Shown: positions 13,718-29,210 of the stretch, in pieces
How positions within the stretch are numbered: position 1 is the stretch's first letter
How the letters are laid out: each line of letters opens with the position of its first letter
Origin: the human T2T-CHM13v2.0 reference genome, Homo sapiens
Strand: one strand, 5' to 3'
DNA length: 64,000 nucleotides
NCBI RefSeq assembly: GCF_009914755.1
Contig: NC_060930.1
Made by a program: the position numbers and the translations under genes
The notes under the pieces: model-generated
The model's input: the letters and a program-made list of their open reading frames with translations, nothing else
What the model was told of the DNA's origin: nothing
The model's database searches: none

Positions 13718-15503
13718 TTAAACAAATATTCCAAATGCAACCAAGTTCTCTCATTACATTTTGTCTGCATGCCTAAACAGGAATTTGGAGATTAAGTAGG
13801 ACATATAAAATCATTGGTTACATATAACACACTTACTAATAAAACAAAGCCCATCAAAATGATAGTGTCAATTCCCTGAATTTTCATTTAAATGGTCATC
13901 ACAATGAAGGATTTTAGTTTATATATTCCCTTTGCCTTAAAACCGTTTTGGATGGAAAAGCAAAATATGAACAAATTATTAAAGAACAATTTTTGTCTAA
14001 ACTGATATACACTCTATTTTATACACAACATGCATCTTCTTAATATTTATTGTAATTTTCCATGTAATAAAATGCTTATAGTTCTTTATAGTATCTAAGC
14101 CAAGAGTTTCCTTTTAAACTTGTCATATATGTATATGTGCATAAATATACACATATGTAATGATTTTTGTATAAAAAGTTCTTCATATTTATAGTCAAAA
14201 GCAATTTTGACTATATATAGTAATATAAAATATGACATATAAAATATGAACAAACATATTTTGGTAATTCTCTGACTAGTGAATTCCATAATATGATAAC
14301 TACAGAAAAGTATTATGTAACAAATGACTTGTACCTTCTTGGAAATATTTCTCATTTAATATAATGCTGTCATGGAAACTGTATTGGCTCATATTCTCTA
14401 AAAATGAATTCTATATATAATAATTGTACAAGATTGATAAGGTTTCAGCTCTCCATTCAAATGATAGGTAATACATACAAAATGGCATTGGAAATTTCTT
14501 CAACTCTTAGCAATTTGCCAGGTCTAATTCAGAGAGACTGGAATTAGTCCCTAGAAGTCTGATAACTTTCAGTTATCTAAAATCTTCCTCTGGAATAGAA
14601 GTAATTTCTCCTTTCTTTCCTCTCTCTCTCTTTTAATTTTAGCTTTAGGTTAATTATTCAGTTTTAGATCTCTTTTGCTTAAACCATTAGATTATATACA
14701 AACTATAACTAAGGTTTGGCAGTAATGTTTGCTTGCTGAGATGTGAAGCAACACAGGGTATGAGTACCTTCCATTACAGGACTTCTCACTAAACATAACA
14801 GCGAGGCTCTTCCGAATGCCCAGTGTCCTAGCATTTTAAGATTTGTGGCCCAGCAAAAGTCACACAAATGACTCTTTAAAGGGAATTCTATCTAATAGTT
14901 AATATAAACTGGATTCTGCATTTCATCATCATCATCATAAAGCAAACAAAAAATACAGCTGCAAACAATGAATACAACATTGAAATAGATCCCAGTAGTT
15001 TATGTTGCAAATACTACTCTGTAGATGTTCACTTACTATTTGCAAATCACTGACCAAGAAATCCGAATTTTTCTTTAAAATGAGTAAATTTTATATTTTG
15101 ATAGTAATAAAATTTGTTCAGTAGTGCATGTCTCTGAAAACCCCCTTATGGATACATCCCTGATTTCTGTCCTAAACTGTCTTGGATGGCAAGCAAAAGC
15201 AATTGTGTAACATATTTTGTTTATAAAGTACTACATATCAATGAGAAATAAAAGGAATACTCTCTACAGTTTGTACTTACTAAAATTTTATTTTGAATGC
15301 AATGTTCCTTATGCAATGTTTTAAAATAAGAACTTTTGAATTTAACAGAATTCTAAGGCTTTTACGGTTTTTGTTTTTTTAGTCAAAGACCAAAGAGAAT
15401 TATCATTAAGCGTCTAATCACACAGGCAAATAAAATATTTGACAAAAGCTGCAAAATTGATTAAACTTCCATCACTAAACAACAGATAAAAAATACTTTT
15501 CTG

Positions 15504-15837
<334 letters not shown>

Positions 15838-18800
15838 TTATGTGTACAAAAACAAGAATTATTTGTCAGTTGCTTCCCAATGATTCATTTGCAAAACTGT
15901 ACATTACTCCTCAGATAAGGTGCAAAAGAACTTTAGCCACACACACATCAAAATATTCAAGGTATGTAACATACATGGAATATAATTCCATTATATTCCA
16001 AAGTTAGAAAAAATATTTTCAAATCAACATAAATTTTACTTCTCATATTTGGAATTAAACAATAACATATGATTGGGTACTGTCTCATAAGCATATATAG
16101 TTAACTACAGTAAACAGAAAGTGTATTACTGAAGACACTCCCCACACTCCTTCACAAGATTTGAAGTCATGCAAGAAAAGGCACAATCCCAGCTCTGTCA
16201 CTTATTAGTTAAGTCATTTTGTCCAAGTTGCTAAATGCTCTCCCTCCCCTTGCCCCCAACTTATTACTTTTATTTTTTAATACTTATTTTTATTTTGCAT
16301 ATCAATAGGGAACATGACTTGGTAAATGCAGTCATAAATACAAAAGTATTCACATCTCTACTTTCAATGCTACCTAATATTTTAATTTTACCCTAGTATT
16401 TTAAATATCTCTGTCTAAACTGCTGATACCATTTAGAAAAACAATATTATTTATGGGAAACCTGATGATTTAGGAAGAGACAGGCAGAAATGCAGCATTC
16501 TTATTTGTATTGAAAAGTTGTGTTTTTTTTTGGGGGGGCGGTATTCAGTTAAGTTGCCACATGACAAAGCTGACCCAGATAAAAGGTTATGGAGTACTAC
16601 TGTATTAGGCTATTAATATCTATTGCTTTAGATCAATATCCAAGAAATTCCCAACTGTTTTTACAAGCTCAGCATATGAAAGTAGGTATAAATAAATAAG
16701 TTACTTTACACTAACAATAACCTACAGAGAAGTAACAACATCATCAGACAACTTTTCATTTTGTAGTGTAAATATAATATAATGCTTACAACTTCTATGA
16801 ATACTAGAGAGAAAGGCAAACAACCCATTGAACTACAGGTGATAAGACTGGAAGATAGTGATAGAGAGAGGTATTCAAGATAAATCTGCGCTCCTGCCAA
16901 GTGCTCCATTTCTAATTGTTTGCACTCATTTTGGAGAAGGTATAAACTCTTTAAATTCATGCTGATCTGTGGGCACAAAGAGGGTAAGAAAGATGTTATT
17001 CTTTTAAGTTAGAAGATGCTAGTAAATGATAGAGATGAGAAATAGTTTGAGGCCTTGTACAATTGAAAAGAAATGATAAATTCTTTTTTCTAGTATTAAG
17101 TTAAAGATTTTTTAAAAATATTGACAAAATCATACACATTTAAGAATTAGATTATTAAAAATCAGGTAATACATAGAAAAGACTATGTAAACCCATATAT
17201 ATATATATAATTTTTTGTTATTCATAATTTAGTTTGCAAAATATTCAATCTATCATTTAATCTTATTTAGGTATTTTTAAAATTTAAAACAATCAAATTT
17301 TAGTGATAATTTAAGAATTATGTTTCAGAATATTTAGGTATTTAGTATTAAGAATTATTAATGAATTCTGAAATATTTTCCTTTGGTTTTAAAGTAAAAA
17401 TATTTTGCAATATGAGATAAGCTTCATAAAGAGATGTGAAGTCATATAAGACATTTAGAAAAATTAGATATGAAGGTTTATCTGTCATGTTTTTATGGGT
17501 AGTGCTTGCTCCCAAGATCATCATTATGGAATCCTGTTTTTCTTTGACATTTGAAAGAAAATATCGTCATTCTCACGTCTTTTTAAAACCAATCTGTCGA
17601 CACTGGTATCAAACAACTTTGAACTCATGTTGAGTTGTGTAACAAGTGACAATATCAACTCCCAAGACAACCAAAATGCTTGCTTCATGAATGCATTTTG
17701 ACAGGTCAGATGCTAACTCGATACTTACAAATGTGCAGCAGCAATAAGTGAGCATCACAAACAGTAAAGAAAAGCTTTCAATTTCCTTGGAAGACATGTT
17801 TATGTTCTCTGGAAAAATGTTATATGTTAATTATGGTTCCTTTGTCTTGTCTTTGTTATGATTCAGCCCTGGCATTGTATTTTTCAATAGTAAAATGTTT
17901 GCAACGTGCTTATGGATAAAAACTGGCCCGCAGGTACTGCTGTTTGTAAATGACTCCCAAAGGCAACAAGACATCATTTTTCCCAGGTGGGCTACTCATT
18001 TACTTTCTGTTTTCTTTCTCCCGCTATTCATCTATGCTGACAAGTGTCAATTATGGACAGGAGATTTATGGGACGGGAAAGATAAAGCCCAATTTACAAA
18101 TCATTTCCCGTGCAAGCAGACAGGTGCAATGACAAAGCTGGCTTGCTGTAATTGAATTTCTTGCTGCTATCTACTCAGTCACAAGAAGATGTCAACCTCA
18201 AGGATGTTAGCTATGGAAAAAGTCTTAATACACTATGATTTTGAATGTGAAGATGACAACATAGCCTGGGTTTTAACTACGGACTCTGAATAGAATATAC
18301 TAAAATAAATTCTTTTTCATGTAATAAGGATTCTTCTTGCCCTTAAATGGGCAGTGTATCAGGGATGATGTGACAAGGTAGTCTAAATTTAAGTCCCATG
18401 ACTATTACGGTTAAAATGTCTATTGTGATGTTTCAAAAAGCTGAATTTAAATATAACTACTGATATACTAAACCTGAAGATGAATATTTACTGGAGAAAT
18501 ATATTTTTTGATGGGTAACTACCCTGATTTTTATTAAGGGGAATGTTCCTTAACACATTTTTTTAAGAAGAAAAAAATAGTCCATATGTCTAGTTTTTCT
18601 TTTTAACAAATAGAACAATGTCATAAATTGGTAGTTAAATGTTGTTTTATTTCAAAGAATATATAACATGTATAATCATATAAAGCTACAGTTGTATTAA
18701 TTATAACATGCCAGCTCTCAAAATTAACTAATATATCTGTTTATTTTTACATGCTCAGCTTAAATCCAACTTTTTCAATGCATACATTAACAGATATAGA

Positions 18801-19037
18801 TTCACATATGGCATTGATAAGTCACAATGTTGGAGGGTTATAGAAAGTAGAATAAAATCAGTACTTTTTCTTTGCTTGTATATATTTTACTGAATTTATC
18901 TGAAATATGTAATAGTTATATTAAAACCAGATTGGCTTGTTTAATGGTCTTCTCAAAGATTAATATTGAAAAGTTTTGAATTGACTTTTTCTAAGAAAAA
19001 TTTCCAAATCATACAGTGTGTTTACTTTTTGAAACTG

Positions 19038-19150
19038 AGGGGGGAAGGGAGGAAGATGAAAAGGGAGAGAGAGAAAGAGATAAAGAGAACGAGGAAAGGA
19101 GGAAGGGAGAGAGGAACAAAAGGAGGGAGAATGGGGAGAGAGAGAGAGAT
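19038..19150. repeat. Polypurine (GA-rich) tract
   Basis: About 110 nt, nearly all A/G. Confidence 0.75.
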
Positions 19151-20194
19151 CAACCATTTTGAACTTTGTGTGAATGTGTACACTAGAATTTCAGTAGTGA
19201 GATAATTTTCAGTTTGATAAATATTGCTACATTACTTGTAATCAGATTTACATATCTGCAGTTCAACCAGCCGTTTATGAAATTTTCCATTTTTTGTGTG
19301 TTTGGGATGACCTTTAATATGCTGCTATATTTTTAGTTAATATTTTACACTTCTTAATTATGTCTTAAGTAATTTTTCATTGCTCTCCATTTTGGTAGTT
19401 TCTGTAATTTTGTGTATTTAGTAGACATTCTTTTTCCTTCAGTTTCACACATTGTGATTAGATTGCTTGTCTCTGTCTTACGGTTTTGTGGTTTTCTTTT
19501 TAAATAAATATATAATAGATATTTCTTTATCTAATTATACTTAAATACATATGACAAATATATATGATGTTTTCTTCCACTGTGTGTCTTATATTTTTAT
19601 TTTTATAGTCAATTTTATCAAGATTTTCTTTATAGACAGGGCTTTCTGGAATTCCTTCTCTAATCAAAGGTCATTAAGATAGTCTATATTTTCTTTGAAA
19701 GTGTTTATTTATTTTCCCTACATAATTGTCTTTACTCTATGGAACTGATTTTATCTATCATGTATACTACTATCTATTTTTGTCACCTCTGTTATATATA
19801 TTTCCATTGTTTGATATTTCTGTCCTATTTATGCCACTTATCTTTCTGCTGACAATGCATTTTCTGAATTTCATGGCTTTATAATACATCCCCATAACTT
19901 CATCCTCAAATAATTTTAGCTATTCTTAGCCATTTTTGATCTTCCATTTAATTCAGCAGACACACACAAACATACCACTTCCTACTGGAAGTTATATCAT
20001 ATTCATATTTAATTAATAAATTAATTTAAGGCTTTATATATAATTAAAATATTAATACTTTCGAGCAATAAATATTTTATGCCTTTCTATATTTTGAGGT
20101 CTTCTTAATGCCATTTGAAAATGTTTTGTGGTTTTCTATATAAAACCTTATATATTACATAGCCCCTTATAGATTTAATGTTCCTCAGAGGAAC

Positions 20195-21125
20195 ATTTGT
20201 TTCACTTTGGTGGGAACACAGATCGCTGCAGCCATTATGGAAAACAATATGGAGTTCCTAGAGAGCTAAAAATCAGATATACCATATGACCCAGCAATCC
20301 CTCTTCTGGGACTATACCCAAAGGGAATGAAATTACCACCTTCTAAAAATATTTGTACTCCCTTATTATTGAAACATTATTTACAATAGTCAAGTCAAGG
20401 AAATAACCTAACTATCTGTTGGTGACTGGATAAACTATTCATAGCATATATATATAAAATATATAAATATATATATAAATATATATATATGTATATATAT
20501 AATACACACACACACACAGAATATTATTCAGCATTAAACAAAACAAGGAGATACTGCCATTTGCCACCACATAGATGAACCTAGAGGATATTACGCTAGG
20601 AGAAATAAGCCAGGTACATAAAGAAAAATATTGCATAATCTTGCTTACACGTGGAATCTAAGAAAAAGTCAAATAAACAGAGATAGAGAATAAAATAATG
20701 GTTACCAGGGATAAGAAGGGGGTGAGGAGAAAATGGCATGATGCAGGTCAGAGGCTAGAAAGCAGCAGACACTGATACATACTTACATACATTGCCATTA
20801 AGGATATGAAAAACACTAAACCTTAAACCAAGTAGTAATTACTTTTTAAATGAGAAATTATTTTGCCTATCACATTGGCAACTTCATAGAATTCTAATAT
20901 ACAACATGAGAATAGTTAACAAAATTATACTGTATTTGGATTCCTGCTAAATGAGTAGATTTTACCTGGTTTTGTCACAAAACCAAACAAACAGGTCACT
21001 ATATGAAATGATGGCTATGTTAATTTGCTTCACTATAGTAATCATTTTATTATCTAAATGTATCCCACAACATCATGTTGTATAACTTAAATATATAAAA
21101 TATAATTTACTTAAAAATAAAAATA
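20195..21125 (+). mobile_element. L1MA8/9-like 3' fragment containing a (TA)n/(CA)n run and a 115-bp foreign insert
   Basis: 'accatatgacccagcaatccctcttctggg', 'atgaacctagaggatattacgcta', 'ttcctgctaaatgagtagatttt...ctatagtaatcattttattatc'. Confidence 0.8.
20447..20519. repeat. (TA)n-(CA)n compound microsatellite
   Basis: Visible directly. Confidence 0.85.
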
Positions 21126-21186
21126 TAATCATGCTTTTTCATTGGTCACCATTCATTTCTCAACTGCATACTGCAGACTGAGAAAG

Positions 21187-21312
21187 GCACTCTATATAAT
21201 TACCTAATTTAATCCTCAAAACTGTCTTCACAGAAGGCATTTTCATTATTTTACAGATAGGATACAGGTTAAAATAATTTAAGTAACTTTCCCAAGATCA
21301 CCAAACTTGTAA
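21187..21312 (-). mobile_element. MIR fragment
   Basis: 'atttaatcctcaaaac...attttacagatagga...taagtaactttcccaagatcac'. Confidence 0.65.
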
Positions 21313-22891
21313 CATTAAAGCTGACAACTACAGTGTAGACTCTACATGAACTAGGCATAGCTTATTTTTCTTTCTGAGGAAAATGAATTTACTTATCTGC
21401 AGGATATTGTGTTTGGATCTCAAGTAAAGCATATTTTTAAACCAAAGTTCTTTTGGTCAATATAGTCATAAAGACACCAAACCACATTTCATAAGAATAA
21501 GTTTTGGTGTTCTGTCTCTACTTAAAAACTCCTTTTCTTTGATGTCTCATTTATTCCTTTGTTTATAATTGGTTTAGTTCTACTATCCCTGAGGTGCCTG
21601 CAATTCTGTATAGCCGTTCTAAACCAAAGAAGAATTTTGAGAAATGGAAGGTTCTTTGTAAGTGCCAGTTGCCACTGGTTATTAAAATAAAAGCTTTCTC
21701 ATACACAACCTTGTCAGCAATAGCACTTAGTGACCTACAGGGCAGCTATTTACTAAAAACAGGAACTCAGTAATTGAGGTCCATATACACTATATCTCCA
21801 AGTCTGCACCAAGACATACTACAAAGGCTTGAGCTAATTGCTTTTCAAGCCACTGAAGTTTCTACTTCAGCATATATCTCTCTCCAAAATACCTGAGTTA
21901 GCCCTTATTTCCATTATAATATTTTATATGTAATTGCCCATTGATTAGAGACGGAATTATCCTTAGTTTGGGTAGAAACAAAAGTAGCCCTCAGTGCAGC
22001 AAACTTTAGCTTTAAATAAGTATCATTTCAGAGATTCTTTCAAAGACATGTTTGGTATATCAATATCTGTGAAACAGATATCTATGATAAGTAAAACAAT
22101 GCCATATTAGCCACAAAATAAATAATAAAGAATTAAATAAGACCAGAAAGTCTAGAAACAGGCTTTAGTCTCTACCTGGCCTTGGAAAAAAATATTAGTC
22201 TTTCAAAATAATGTGGGAAGGATGCGTTTAATAATAAAGGTATCAACGTTACTGAATAGATTAGTGGGAGCCGACAGTCAGAAATACCTTCACATTGTAA
22301 ACAAACCATAATCTTGATAAAGTAAATTTTAACATAAAATTTAAGCCATTTAACAAAAGATGAACACAGAAATAAATATTTTCCTAACTTTGTTATGGAT
22401 AAGGCTTTCAAACATCATATCAGAGCCATAAACCATTAAGCAAAAGATAGACTCATAAAAATGCAGAGTAGCATATATAAAATTAAATGGCAACAAATCA
22501 TGTTTATATTATATATACATATATGAACTGATATATGCAAAAGAGTTCACAGCCATATTTGATGAATAGTAGAGCATCCTAATTTTTAAATCAGTAAAGA
22601 GGCCTAAAGAGACACTGATACACACTACATACACTGCCAATAAGGATATGAAAAATACTAAGCCTTAAACCAAGTAGTAATCCCTTTTTAAATGAGAAAT
22701 TATTTTGCCTATCACATTGGCAAAGATTGAAAACCAAAAGACAATGCTCAGTTTTGATAAGGGCTCTTGGTAGTTAAATATTTCTGGAGGTCAGTTTGGC
22801 TATCCACAATAAAATTCCAATACTTTCTACCTAAATAAGTCTATTTCTGAAAATTGATTATCAAAATAATCAAAGACAGGTATAGTGATTT

Positions 22892-24162
<1,271 letters not shown>

Positions 24163-24804
24163 AAAGATAGGTATAGTGATTTAAACACAGATTGTTTCTC
24201 ACGTGAGAAGCACCAGTAACAACTGCTTAAATATACATGATTAAAATAATAGTACTACAATCATAGAACAGGATTCAGTGATAGTTGAAATCATGCATTC
24301 AGATAATAGCTAGAAACATTTGTGGCAACATGCTGATGACTTTGTTGAATGAAAATGAGACAACATATTCAGTATGATCTAAATTTTATCAAAAATAATT
24401 AACTACATATGTAAAAATACAGGCATAGTAAAGAGCCATACAGAACACACCTGGAGAAATGTAAGAAATACATGCAGTAAGATTTAGGACAATTTTTATT
24501 TTCTTACAATTTTTTATAATTTTATGAATTTCTGGACATGTATAATTTTTTAAAAAGAATTATACATGAATACAATAATAAACAGTCCTCGATGTTTAGT
24601 CAAATTTTGCTAACACTTAATCTGTAATTTTTAAAGCTATAACCCAAATAACTATGAAAATTCTCCCAATTGACCTTCATATTTTAATAATGCATTCAAT
24701 AAATATTTCAGATTTATTTAGATATGTTAGATAACATAAGGGGAATATTGTTTAATTTGTTTTTAAAAGTCTCTTAATTTGTTCTGTTGCATGAAACAAA
24801 TATA

Positions 24805-25144
24805 CAGTCATGCATTCCTTAACGATGGGAATACATTCTGAATAATGCATCATTCGGTTATTTCATCATTATGCAAACATCGAGTGTACTTACACAAACT
24901 GAGATAGTACAGCCTACTACACACCTAGGCTATGAGGCCTACCACTTCTAGGCTACAAACCTGCATAGTATGTTACTGTACTGAATACTGTAGGCAATTG
25001 TAACACAAAGGTAAGTATTTGTGTATCTAAACATATGTAAACACAGAAAAGGCAGAGTAAACATATGGTATTATAATCTTATGGGCCAGCTGTTGTGTAT
25101 GTCGTCTGTCCTTGACCAAAATGTCATTATGTAGCATATGACTG
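24805..25144. mobile_element. Tigger3a (MER7A) non-autonomous TcMar-Tigger element
   Basis: Ends cagtcatgc... and ...atgactg, flanked by TA on both sides; internal 'gcctactacacacctaggctat', 'tgtactgaatactgtaggcaattgtaacaca'. Confidence 0.88.
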
Positions 25145-25242
25145 TATCTCTCATACAGGTGATGAAGTGACCCTCAGAATTTAAATATCTGGCCACAGTA
25201 AATATATTATCTACTCTGCTCTAAAATGTATTTTCTTTTAAG

Positions 25243-25432
25243 TTTCTTTTTTTTAAAATTGATATCTCATATTTGTACATATTTTGAGGGTACATGTAAT
25301 ACTTTGATACAAGTACAAAATGTGTAATGATCAAATAAGAGTAATTGAGATAGATATCTATTACTTAAAATATTTTTGTGTTGGAAACATGACAGTTCTC
25401 TTCTAGCTAATTTGAAATATACAAGAAATTTA
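25243..25432 (-). mobile_element. L1MA 3' end fragment
   Basis: 'tgtacatattttgaggggtacatgt...tgtgtaatgatcaaat...ctcttctagctaatttgaaatatac'. Confidence 0.75.
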
Positions 25433-25899
25433 AAATATATTTTCTGCTGTAAAAAACTGATCTTACAATTTGGGAAACGTAGACAACATTTGAAGGGTAA
25501 AATCTGTATAAATCCATTCAAAACAAAGTTGTTAAATACTTTATAAATGTTTATATAATAAATTTAATAGCGATTTTTTTACAGACAAATAGAAACCACT
25601 TCAAATCATATACTCTAGTAAAAATGTCAACATTATCACTAGCTCCCAATAATAGCAACTGTCTGTCATCTCCACATCACCAAAAGTGATGACAGAGGAG
25701 CCAAAGTTCTATGTAATCCTGGGAAAACCCTTGCCTCTCCCTTGCTCCCTATACTTACAGCATAGTGAATGTGATCTTTCTCAAAGACAATCTAGAATAA
25801 TCCCTCCATGTCTTTTGTCCTTGATACATCAGTTACCACAACTACCCAGTACTCCCAAGTCATTGCTCGACATCTGAATTATCATCTCCACACAAATCT

Positions 25900-26590
25900 G
25901 CACCCATAACAGTATAACCACATGCCTTACTCTATCCTTAGTCATCAGCAAAATCTTCACCATCTTCTTCAACGTTCCCTATCCTTTCTTGTTCTAACAT
26001 CCTCACAGAATCTTGCTTACTTCTGAGAGCACATAGCTTCTCTGGAAGCCCTCTTAAGTAGGGTTGGTTGTTCTTCCACCCTTACCGTCACTGGGCCGGA
26101 AAGTGTGTAATTCTCCTTGCTCTTCTCTTCTATAACCTTGAAAGTCTTAACTACTTCTTCACTTCCATATAAAATCCCATAGCTATAATGCTTATGTCAA
26201 CTGATTATGTGACTTCTGTCCCTCCAAGCTGTTGCTATTCAGACTCCAGGTCAGTCTTTCTCACTCCTTGAAGATTTTAGTCCCTAGCTCACTGACATTT
26301 TTACTGATACTACTCCTGTCATAATATTTATGAATATCAAATTCCAGGTAAATAATTCTTACTGAACTATGACTCCTGGGTTCTTTGACCTCTCGTTCTT
26401 CAGTGTTCATGTCTCCAAATACTTCAACCGTCCCCTCCCATGGCATAGCCTAGACCTCATCATTACTCTTTTTATACTTAACAATTTCCAGGGTGCCACT
26501 CTCTATTACTTCCTATCATTCTCACCTCACTCCCTCTGGTACCTGGACTGTTAGAATTCTTCAACTGCATTGGCGCATATAATTCTCTGA
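25900..26590 (+). mobile_element. Degenerate L2 ORF2-region fragment
   Basis: Pyrimidine-rich, with 'tccttgaagattttagtccc', 'ttctttgacctc' and 'ctagacctcatcattac' motifs typical of L2; boundaries approximate. Confidence 0.5.
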
Positions 26591-26619
26591 GATGTAGACT
26601 GCTCTACCTTTTATCTCTA

Positions 26620-27100
26620 CTTGTAAATTATATAAATCTGGATGCAAGAACAGCAACATATATTTGAAACAGAGATAATTTAATTTATGAAGTTGTTTAT
26701 ACAGATGTTAGAAGAGCTGACAAGCCTCAGGCAAGAGAAGATGTTTTTGCTATCCTTTCACTGGAGAGGGAAAAGGAGAAGGCAGAGTTACTGGACAGGA
26801 ATAAATGAGGACAAACTGGAACAGCATGGAGGGACCTGGAGTCATGAAGAGAAATAGTTGCCGATGGAAACCACACTTAAAGCACAGAAAAAAGGGAGAA
26901 ATACTCGCCTTTTTGCCTTCTTATGCCTTCCAAGCTCTAGCCAGTTCTTAATAGGGGCCACATGCTGTCAAAAGTTAGCTGATAAGGTAGCCTGGGAAAC
27001 ACTACCTGCAGGGGTAAAGACCTGCCATACACATAGAGCAAGGGAATCAAGAAGAATGGATCAGGAATCACAAGGCCATGTACTGTGTAGGCATACAACA
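26620..27100. mobile_element. Possible old ERVL LTR (LTR33/LTR41-like) inserted in L2
   Basis: Purine-rich block interrupting pyrimidine-rich L2, with loose similarity from memory only. Confidence 0.3.
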
Positions 27101-28165
27101 GTTGCCTCACACTGAGCACATGAAAAACCTAACTGCTGATGTTTGCCCGTGATCCTACTTTGCTCACAATTAGTGCTGTCTCAGTGGAAACTTCATCTTT
27201 ACATTTGCTCAGACCAGAGAATGTGAAGTTATACTGAACACTCCTCTGTCTATTACACCAAATCCTGCTGGCTCAATATTCAAAATACAGCCAGTGTTAA
27301 GCACTTCTCACTACATTAAAAGACAGCACTGTACCTTCTCATAGCTTGCTAACCTATCTCCTTACTTCTGTGTTTGCCTGTTTCAGTCTCGTTCCAGAAG
27401 AGTCTAAGAAGCTTACATTCTAATAGGGGTGGGAAGGGGGTAGATAGAAAATAAGGCAAATAAATAAAATATATGCTCTGTTAATAGTAAGAAGTGCTAA
27501 AGAGAAAAAAAATCAAGCTGGATGTAGAGATGGGAATGTTTGTTGATGGCTGCATTTTTAGATCTAGCATACATATTACCTTAAGGAGTACATCTTACCA
27601 TACATTCATTTCTAAGAAACAACATGGAAATAAATTAAGACAAAGGCATACACACAATCATATGGATCAGCATAGTATCTGCTCTGCGTTTTAAAATTAA
27701 ATTAATTAAGCTTTTACTTGAGGTCTTAAATGTAATTTCATCGGTAGATAGGTGATTTATGATGCTATAAAATGATAGGTGAAGTTATATTTCTGAAGTA
27801 TTGAAAAGGAAATCAAGGCAATGCTGTTTATTCTGTGAATGTCCAAGGAACTCCACCTATCGTCTATAAGCCACCTTTCTCCATGAATTTTTCCCCGATT
27901 TTTCTTTGATTGAATTGTCAGGTATTATCTGTGGAAACCTTTCTTCTATTACCTGACTAGCACTTAATATGCTTCTCACATGCTGCAAGACATAAATGTC
28001 TGAGAAATGAATAGGAGAAAGGTGCTTTTGCATCTGTTGTTAAAGACAGCCTTCACTGCACTCAAACGAAGAGGACATTGGACATTTCTCTGACTAAATC
28101 ACAGGATCTGCTAAAACAAATTGTAAAGGAATAGTAGGCATTCTAGAATGGATTGGCTGTCATGA

Positions 28166-28275
28166 ATAATTACTATACTTGTAGTATAGTAATTATACTA
28201 CAAGTATATACTTGTAGTATACATTGAGCAAGTATATACTTGTAGTATACACTGAGCAAGTGTACACTTGCTCAG
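28166..28275. repeat. Chain of overlapping perfect palindromes plus a 28-bp tandem duplication
   Basis: Hairpin 28166-28196 (14-bp arms); palindromes 28194-28221 (28 bp) and 28252-28275 (24 bp); tandem units 28201-28228 and 28229-28256. Confidence 0.95.
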
Positions 28276-28679
28276 ATTTTGAAAGACAATACAGATGAAC
28301 TTGATTATTTGTGATTTATTCTCAGTTCTAGATTGAAGACAGGAAGGCAGCTTCTATTGGACTGTTTGTATTTACAAGGTAAACTAACGGAGTTGTGCAG
28401 AAAAGATTTCTGGAGCTGCCAATGCTGGCAGCAATGCTTATTTTATCTGTTCTGCTCCAGCCTCCCAAACCAAATCAATAATTCTCTACTGAGTGCCACT
28501 ATACCACCTACTTTATTCTAGATGCTGTAGGGAATATAAAAAGATTGATTATATCTCATGTCCTTGACTAAAAGGAGCATATAATCAGGTTAGGAAAGTA
28601 AGAAGTCAGTCCGGGAAATTAGATAAAAATGATTGCCTTAATGAAGGCCATTGTTTTATAGGAGGAGAATTCTTTCAAC

Positions 28680-29210
28680 CCAGAGTTAGATTATGTCACT
28701 CCTCTGCTGAAATTCTCCAGTGGCTTCTCACTTGCCTCAGTACAATAGCCCAACTCCTGAGAGTATTTACATGAATTCACTGCCTACTCTCTTTCTCTTG
28801 CTTTTTCAACATTGGTTTCCTTACCATTACCAGAACTCAAAAGACATGCCTCAGCCTCATGGCTCACAGATGGTGTTCTGTTTGGAAGATTCTTTCCTTA
28901 GATATGTACATGGTTTGCTTCCTTTCCTCTTCTACATTATGAAATATCACCCTCTTACTGTTACTTAAAATTGTCAATCAACCCCTGCCTCACCACCCCA
29001 TTTCTACTTCCATTCCTGTTTATCACCTTCTAAAATACAATGTAGATTATTAATTTATTTTGTTGTCTGCCCCACCTCACTAGAATGTAAGCTTTATAAG
29101 CTTTTATATTAGCAATTTTTATGTGTTTTTTTTTGTCCACAACTATTTCTATAGCTTCCCTATTACTTCCTGGTACAAAATATATGTATGTAGAATCAAT
29201 GCACAACTGA
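28680..29210 (+). mobile_element. L2 3' region, fragmented
   Basis: 'gattatgtcactcctctgctgaaattctccagtggcttctc', 'ttgtctgccccacctcactagaatgtaagctt'. Confidence 0.6.

Noticed and set aside
28201-28275. 28-bp palindromic direct repeats resembling a CRISPR array
   Set aside because: Units are adjacent with no spacers, there are only about 2.5 copies, the context is eukaryotic and no cas genes are present
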